From NCBI GenBank assembly GCA_904063045.1, contig CAJFCJ010000026.1, positions 1 through 64,000 on the forward strand: a DNA stretch of 64,000 bases, read 5' to 3'. Source of the stretch: Dimorphilus gyrociliatus (lineage: Eukaryota; Animalia; Annelida). Numbering within the stretch: position 1 is the first letter of the stretch; the number at the start of each line of letters is the position of its first letter. Under the pieces are notes generated by a model. The model saw only the letters and a program-made list of their open reading frames with translations. It made no database searches and was not told the origin of the DNA. Shown in pieces: positions 56,134-64,000 of this stretch. Both the position numbers and the translations under genes were made by a program.

Positions 56134-57853
56134 GATCGCTTCAACTATCATTGCAATTGAAAACGAACATAGACAAGGAGGAACAGCATTTTTTGGATTT
56201 GAAAAGTTCTAATTTATCATTAATCGAAATTATATGCGAAGCACAAATATCCGACGAAGATAAAAAGTCATTAAAGAATTTTGTGATAGCTAAAAAAGTA
56301 AGTCATGTACGCTATTAAAGATAAATATAGTAATTATTCTAAATTGCTTTGTTTAATTAGTGCCTTCCAGCTGGTAAGGATGGTAAATGCATTTTAGATA
56401 AAACAGAGGATATTTCTGCCGGCGAAGTGTTTGTCGCTATGCAAGGCAACACTTATAATACGCCGGCGAGATATTCGCTTATAGGCGATGAGGACAACAC
56501 GGACAATACTTTACGAGAGGTTTTGGTTATCGATAGTGAGTTAAAAAATATATCTTGTACGAGCATCTCTTGTATCGTTTTTAATTACAGAGCCTCAACC
56601 AGAAGATGGAGGCACATACCAATGTAAAATACCTCGTGTAGTGAATCCTTTAACTGCTAGTGCAACTATACCAATCTATTGTATGTTATCCCACATGTTT
56701 TTTACTTGTCTTCATTTAATTTGATTATTAATTAGACCCTAAAGAAACATTTTCAATGAAAGTAAGACCCGGAACTAGCTCTGACAAGATGTATCTTTAT
56801 GAATCATACAATGAAGAAGAGAGTCTAATTGCAGACGAAAATGATAAATTTATAATTGATTGCTCAATAACTAAAACATTTCCGCTTCATGAGATCGATG
56901 TTCTTATTGACGATAAACCAATGTCTGAGGCACAAATGGGAAAAACAAAATATAAAACATTTCGCACATTGAAAGACGGCGTTCACGTGGGTTTCTTTTA
57001 TTTTTTTTTACAATAGAAATTCTTTAGCACCCTTTTACTAAAAATATTAAATATTTTCATTTTTAGGTGTCGCTTTATAGTAGCAGTAGAGAGGTGACAA
57101 TACCTTTTAAATACGAATATGATGGAAAGTCAATAAAGTGCGCAGCCTACGTAAAAGGGGCTAGAGAACAAAGCTTAATAACAGTGGGTGTTAAAGTTGG
57201 AATTCAAAGCTGTACGTATACTATATAAAAACTAAATATTTTAGATTTTTTCTGTTATTATTATTTATTATTCTAGATAAACCGAAATTCATCTGCGACT
57301 CTGTCCAATATGCCGAAAGTAACACTAAAAATTGGAAACTAAAATGTCAAGTGATCTCAAAGCCTTCAATTAGAGAAGAAACAGCCAAATTTGCTTATAC
57401 TTACGATATAACAAGGGGAAAAGCGAATTTTAGTCTGGGACGAATCGATAACTTTGCTGGTCATTATATAGCAGAACTAAAGCAGGTTAGAGAATTTGTC
57501 AGTCAACTATTCAATTATTTACTATAATACTTATTTAATTTAAATAGATTGAGAATAATTTATATGAAATGATATTAAGAATAACGCGAGTAACGAGGAG
57601 AGCCTATACTGATTATTATTTTGAAATTGCTAATCAGAGAGGAAAAACAGTTAAACATATTGTACTTAAGAAAACGAAAGTTTCTAAAAGAGGTAGTTAA
57701 TTTTCCACCTAATAATCTACTTTTTTTATCCTTTAAGTAATTAGTTTTTTTTTTTCTTTTGCAGTTCTAATGAATGACAATGGGTCTACAAGATCAAATT
57801 ACAGTTTTAAGTGTATCCTATTTCTAGTCACTATGCTGTTTGCTATGCAGTAG
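56134..57853 (+). CDS. Putative GPI-anchored protein with about three Ig-like domains (copy 2); first exon not located
   Basis: IEIICEA...LVIDKPQPEDGGTYQC, FIIDCSI...IKCAA, WKLKCQVISKP...DYYFEIANQRG and hydrophobic end CILFLVTMLFAMQ* (TAG 57851-57853). Confidence 0.7.
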
Positions 57854-58300
57854 AGTTGTGGTTTTAAAACATTCAGCTTACAATGAAGATAAAAAAATCG
57901 GTAGAGTACTTGTTTTCAATGTCATCCATTTTTGTTTAAATTTATAACATTTGCTATGAAGAATGATGTTTTAGATTGATTATACTCGATGTTTATATAT
58001 AAAGCCTCCGACCTTTTAAACACCAACGTTTCTTTTATCGTTTGTTGATTTTTACAGGCTTGCTGTGTATTCTTTTTTATGCATCAACGATTGAATTTTT
58101 CAGTATTATTTTTTCATTATCATTGTCAAAGTAAAAGTTAAAAGGAAGAAGCAACTTCCTCTCTCCCGTCTTCCGAGACTCACGCACTTTTATACCTTAT
58201 TCAATTAGCTACAATCATCTCACGATAGCAAAATAATTATAGAAACCTTTAAAGAAGGAATCATTTTGTAAAAAAAATTCTTAAAAAAGACATATATACA

Positions 58301-58343
<43 letters not shown>

Positions 58344-59029
58344 CTGTATATAATATTCTCTTTGGTGAAGAGATTTTTTGATAGCGTTATTGCATTTATT
58401 AGAGACTTTTGCTGAAAAATATTTGAAATCTAATTTCAAATATTCCCTTTTTAGTCTTCAATAGGAGATTATTAACGAAACGAAATATAGAAAGATGTGG
58501 ACAAATGGCATTTAGTTACAAACTAAACAAACATTAATTTTAAAGTCGTTTTGTTCCTTTTCCTTTTTGTTTTTTGTACTGAAATATAAATTTTAATATT
58601 TTATTTATTTAAATGATATTAGACTGGTAAAAACTCTGCTGAAAAATCTAGTTAACTAGTCATTTAAATTATAACGGTATTTAAAAGTTCGGAGACATTG
58701 TGTTCATTATTAATTCCATTTTCAGTGTGCTGTTTTATAATTAAACAAAACAAAATATGCTAATGTTTGCCAAATTTGAAACCCTATTAGTATTCATTAT
58801 CGTCTTGATTGTATCGAAGACATTTAATTTTTAGGAACGAATGTAGAATATTTTCCGAGTGTGTGTGTGTGTGTATGTGTTTATCATTAGATAGAATTCA
58901 TCAATTTGAAATTCATCCTATTAAAATTTCAGTTGTTTTAATAAATAGATAATTTTAAAATGAGTTTATTAAGGGTAACATATGGTAATAGTCGGATGAT
59001 TAATTAAAACGCTCAGTTTTTCAACTAAT

Positions 59030-60128
59030 GTGATGGATAAAGCCAATGCTGAAATGTCTCGAAGTGAAACTTTAACGAGTTGGGGATTATTTCTTCTCTT
59101 TATTCTTTTATTATCGTATGTAACGATAGGAGCGTATAGTTTCTCAGTTTTGGAATACGATAGGGAGTACAACGGTTTAGAAGATTCGAGAAATTTTACA
59201 TCGACTTGGCTAAGTAAGATTAATAATCCACGTTTAATTTTTTCGGTGAATACATGAAAGAAATTTTCTAGGTAACCATCAATCATGTGTGGAACCTGAA
59301 GACTTGAGCAAATTAGTGAAAAGGATTATACAGGATTACAGAACGGGAGTTTTAGCCTCGCCTGCAGCAAATAAAACGGTTGATGCTGGTTTCAACTGGG
59401 AATTTAGATCGGCAATACTCTTTGCCGAAACCGTAATAACGACAATTGGTTATGGACATTTATTTCCCTCAACAACAGCTGGTCGTGTGTTTTGTATCTT
59501 TTATGCAGCGTTTGGTATACCGTTAACTGGAATATTTTTAAGCGAGTTGGGCAAACGGATGGCATGCATATCCATAAATTGTTACGTTCTCATTGCCACC
59601 AAGGTATTTAAAACCAGACCGTTTGATCCATCCCAATCTACTGCTCATCTGTCTGCAATACTTGTTATACTTTTTCCTTTTAGTATCCTTACTTTCATTA
59701 TTATAAGTGCCGCCGCTATATACGTCTCGGAAGGTTGGACTTATTTCGAGGCATTGTATTTTTGTGTTATAACTATGACAACTATTGGTTTTGGAGATCT
59801 TGTACCTCATAAGAGGTACAGATATATAGCTACGGCGTGGATTTTTTGTGGTTTGGCATGCTTTTCAACTTGTATTAATCTATCGTTAAGATACGCAAGT
59901 TTAATTTCATCCTCAACAAGTTTGTGGATAAAAATCAAAACTACTCTGAAGCTAACAAAAATTGATAAAAGCAAACCTCTATACCACGATAAGTCTATGC
60001 AAACTGATGATTTAGGCTATTTAAGCTCAAAGGTTAATCTTGCTTTGAGAGTTGAGCATCGTGATCTTGCCTCGGCTTCAGATATAATAAATGATAAACA
60101 AAAGGCTATCAACACCATTGCAAGCTAA
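59030..60128 (+). CDS. Two-pore domain potassium channel (K2P/KCNK family), 2 exons
   Basis: TM1 in exon 1. A phase-1 intron ends at 59271. Pore motifs TTIGYG and TTIGFG, plus FCIFYAAFGIPL and W-x-YFEALYFCVIT. Subfamily not assignable by eye. Confidence 0.92.
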
Positions 60129-61557
60129 AAAGAAACCAGAAATATAAACACATTTTTACTCTTTACAATTCTTTGTCCATCCAAAAGAAAACTTACTTGT
60201 AAAAGTACCAAACTAACGGAAATAACAACTATATAGATTCCATATTCGACAAGCCATCTTTTAAGAGCTAAATAGCATCCCTGTTATTCAAATATTTAGA
60301 TTCAGGAAAATAAAAAAAAAAACAAAAAATAACAAACCTTATGGTGAAGAAATTCTCTTTTAAATGATATACAAAATTCTAGCCATCTTTCTCGTTTCTT
60401 ATACTTTATATCATGATTACAGCATTGTATAGGAATAGATAGAATCGTCTAAAAAAAAATAATAGAATATATTAAATAGAATATTTTTATGAAAGTGAAT
60501 TTTCTTAAATATTTTTTCTATTTTTACATTTTGTACGTAAAAATTTCTACAAACTTTTAAGGAAAAATATACTATATACTATTAGCTATTTATTCCTTAC
60601 CTCGTTATATCTATTATTGTATTCGTATTTAGATGTAAACCAATCATGATAATTATCTGCCCCACAACAGCGTAACTATTGTTAATAGTAACAAAAAAAG
60701 AAAAAAAAAATATGAATAGACAATCAATAAATCTTTTTTTTTTCATTAAAATTTTATTTTAAATATGTTCATACTCCTAGTTGCATATCATTCCATGCAT
60801 TTTCCAATCTGGTTCCTCGATTCATATATTCGTGTTGGACAAAATTTCTCATATTTTCATGCATATTCCAATCAATCTTTACAAGGAAAAGGAAATTACA
60901 TTTTGAAAATTATTTACATATTTTAAATTAGTATACATATGCACTGATAATGTAATAGAAACAAATATATTTTCAATACTGCGTATACCTGGTTGATATT
61001 AACGCTTGCTGCTATAAGACCAATAATTTGTAGAAGAACTAGTAAACATATCATGAATGCATACTGAAACGAAAGGATATTTCATTAGCTACGTCAACAA
61101 TAATAAATACGAGTTATTTACTTACAGCCTTTATCACAGTTCTCTTTTGAAATAGAACACCACAACATCCCAATAATGAAATCAAAAGTGTAAATCCGCC
61201 AAGAGCAATTATAAAGATTATTATTAATTTTCCAGTATTAGGTAATTCTGCTGAATTAACAAAAACAGTTCCATTTGCATTTTTTACCGGTTCAAAAAGT
61301 GCTAATTTCGTAATTTCTAAGTAGCTTGTAGTTGTATCATCCGTCAGCATCCACGTGCCAAAACCCATACAAAATAGGCTTACAAACGAAAAGAACGTAT
61401 TGAATACGAAAAGTAACCATTTTGTACAGGATTCTTTACAGGTTAACGTAACCGGTTTCTCAGGAATCTCAAAAAACGGAGCCACTGAAAGCATTTCTTT
61501 GGGGGAAAGATATTCTTCTTCTTTTTCAACTGTGTTATCTTCGTTCCACTCGGACAT
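60017..61557 (-). CDS. Tetraspanin, 7 exons
   Basis: CTKWLLFVFNTFF TM1, SLLGCCG TM2, TM3 exon, large loop with CCG and IQCC...C...GC, and TM4 VVISVSLVLLQ|LAMVLIAFCL. Last exon 60124-60017. Confidence 0.88.
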
Positions 61558-61849
61558 TTTTCAATAATAGTAATAAGGGAGCTCTTCAAACTATTGTTAG
61601 ATTCGAAATGTTCAGTAATGTTTCTTTTTTATCTTGTTGCTTCTGTGTACGCGAGGGTAAATAGCCGGAAAAAAAACAGGAAAGTCTGGAATATATTTGC
61701 AAAAATTTAGGTTCCCAAAGGTTACAAAAGGACACTTTAACCGAAACAAATGCCTTTGCAACTTGTTTTATGAGTAGAATATAATTATTTCGTTAAGAAA
61801 ATCCTAGAGCAAAAAAATAAAAACGAAGACGAACGATAGTAAAAGTCTA

Positions 61850-61861
61850 CGCCGCCATTTT
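61850..61861 (-). promoter_or_regulatory. YY1-like motif upstream of the tetraspanin
   Basis: AAAATGGCGGCG on the minus strand, about 300 nt upstream of ATG 61557. Similar motifs at 52117, 52211 and 52447 precede USP32. Confidence 0.5.
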
Positions 61862-62202
61862 TTTTTTAAAAATTACATTTTGATCTAATTATGAAAATAA
61901 GTAGTATATTCTCTGGAAAAAAATGTTGTTAAATATATATGAAGAAACAAAAGATATTACTGTCTCTTAATGAATTGATATATTTTATTGACAATCGAAG
62001 AGAGCGCCAGAGAGAATTCTCAGAATAGAACAAAGTTCTAATTGTGTACTGTAGGTATTCCAAATGCAAAGGAATATGTGTTTGAAGACGGTTATATTTT
62101 ATTGAAACATGTCAGCTGGTTGAGTATACTCAACACTATTACAACTCAGAGATGTACCATAATAATTAAAGTCATTTTGGTGGCTGATCGAACAAGAGTA
62201 CG

Positions 62203-63227
62203 ATGAAAATATTTCTTTCCTTTTCTTTCTGGGCTGTCACTTTGTTTTTGATAGCAGCTGCTAAGGATGAAGATTGGGAGGACATAGACGTCGTAGCTGT
62301 AAATTTAGATGACGACACAAAGGGGGATTCGGAAAATGAAGTCGAGGCTTCGTTGACAACTACTCCATCTAAAGTCAGTCCAGACGCTTGTCCAGTCCTG
62401 AATTGCGATAAAATTTGTCCGTGCGGTAAAAAGACCGATTCAGACCATTGTTACATTTGCGAATGTGAGTGTAATCATGGTGACAAATGTGAGCATGAGT
62501 GTGAATTTGGACGAAAAATTTCTAGTACTGGCGAGTTGACTTGCGAATGTCACTCTGAACAACAATACATAGGAGTTTGTAAAGCGTTTTGCCATAATAT
62601 TCATAATGAAGCTAAAAATTGCGAAATATGTCCTCATTGTAATTGTAACGGTCAAGTTAACAATTGTCCAACTCTAGAATGCAATACAGTGTGTAAATAT
62701 GGGTATACAAGAGATTACAACGATTGCCCATCGTGTAATTGTCAACGTGGACCGGATCATCCAGGTCACGTAGACCCTTGTTACCATACCAGGTGTGATT
62801 ATGGGCAAATTTGCAAAGTTATTGCAGGAAATGCTGTTTGCGTTGGTAAGTAATTCAATTAATTCTAGTTTGAATAGGAATTTATATTCTCTTTCCTCTT
62901 TTTTTTTCTAAATATTTTAGGACATCCAAGTCCGATAACAACACTCCCCCCTCTAAATCCACCACAGTGCCCTAAACTTACTTGCGGACCAGACTGTACT
63001 TGTGAACATTTCATTAGAGACGATGGCTGTACGGTTTGTCAGTGTGCTAACGCATGCTACGTAAGTTTTTCATTTTTTATTGTGATTGAAATATTCTAAA
63101 CTTGAAATTGATATACTCTTTTTAGGGTGTTGCTTGTCCTTATGGCACTATATGCATTCCATACTACGTCTTCGAAGCCTATACGGGAAAACTTCAAGTA
63201 ACACCAAACTGCAGAAAAGTAGAATAG
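62203..63227 (+). CDS. Secreted cysteine-rich antistasin-repeat protein, 3 exons (62203-62845, 62921-63060, 63126-63227)
   Basis: Signal peptide, acidic linker, antistasin-like modules (CPVLNCDKICPCG..D..C..CEC; CPTLECNTVCKYGY.RD..DC..CNC; CPKLTC...DDGC.VCQC) and a follistatin-N-like PC...C..GQ.C......VC module. Confidence 0.75.
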
Positions 63228-63507
63228 ATCATACGAGAGAGATGTCGCTAGTGTATCATCTTGGCGTAAATAATTCGTACATCATTGTGTGTCTTTTCGC
63301 AATAAAAAAGTAATAAAATTATTATAAAAAATTTATAATGAAAGAGCTCACTTACGTTCAGTTAGATAAAATGAATCTTTATCAAGATTGCTACTTTCTA
63401 GAGTTTATCATACTTGAGATAAGTCGGCATAATCTTAAACACATACTATATATATACATGTATAAACCGATATACTTACATCTTGAAAATTAAAGAAAGC
63501 GAAAACA

Positions 63508-64000
63508 ATGAAAAGTCTTATTCTATTAGGCTTTTTCGGCTGTCTTTATTTCGCATCAGGTTTAGAAAAATTTCTTCTTCTTGTAGATTATATTGTGTAT
63601 ATGTTTTTTTTTAAAAGCACGATTAACAACTGAAGAAGTTGAATGGTTGGATTTCGCTATTCAACATCAAAATAATGCATCTTTTCAAACACTTTGGAAG
63701 AAAAAAGTGAAAAGTTATAAAGAAGCTACAGTTAGTAAATAACGAAACTGTTTAATAATATATTTCTCATTTTGCTGCTCATCAATTAGGTTGACATTCC
63801 TGAGTTTAAATGTAATGTGGGGCCAATAGGAGATAAACCTACCTCAGGTAATTGATTAAAAATATATCCCTTAGTCATATAATTTGATGGATTTTTAAGT
63901 AATAATTTTGTTTAGTTCACAAATTAAAACCTGGAGATATTAACGTCGTTGCTGCTTTTGGGGATTCAATTACTGCCGGGAACGGAGCTGATGCTGATAA
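63508..64000 (+). CDS. PLB1: Phospholipase B1-like GDSL lipase, 5' part (runs off window)
   Basis: Signal peptide MKSLILLGFFGCLYFAS. Four exons, the last encoding VHKLKPGDINVVAAFGDSITAGNGA, the PLB1-type GDS-x motif. Confidence 0.85.

Noticed and set aside
59538-59810. 90-aa antisense ORF inside the K2P gene
   Set aside because: No recognisable features, and it lies beyond the tetraspanin stop. Treated as a shadow ORF.
31756-63313. Numerous short F/L/I/Y-rich ORFs in the track (e.g. 31756, 35492, 39472, 40636, 44123, 47217, 55300, 55685, 63086)
   Set aside because: Intronic, UTR or wrong-frame readings of AT-rich sequence, with no motif or splice support.

Overview
AT-rich, gene-dense eukaryotic (metazoan) genomic DNA with many very short GT-AG introns (about 45-100 nt). 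The ORF track only shows exon fragments, and its TTG/GTG starts are not real starts. The gene set and compactness suggest a miniaturised invertebrate genome, probably a lophotrochozoan such as the annelid Dimorphilus (inference only). The window has two halves. (1) 1-24.3 kb: eleven co-oriented plus-strand orphan genes, namely nine alpha-helical proteins with mostly one coding exon, one myristoylation-motif acidic/basic protein and one large tandem-repeat disordered protein. (2) 24.7-64 kb: recognisable genes, namely WSB1-like, p70 S6 kinase, a head-to-head pair of TIR/HEAT paralogues, GCAT, MED19, USP32, two tandem GPI-type Ig proteins, a K2P channel, a tetraspanin, an antistasin-repeat protein and the start of a phospholipase B1-like gene. 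Most notable observations: the divergently transcribed TIR-(Cbl-like EF-hand)-HEAT pair, a 108-nt antisense coding-on-coding overlap between the K2P channel and the tetraspanin, about 30 TACAGTA/TACTGTA motifs in TA tracts that match Tc1/mariner excision footprints, and the orphan helical gene cluster. All exon models were assembled by eye. No tRNA, rRNA, CRISPR array or intact transposon was found.
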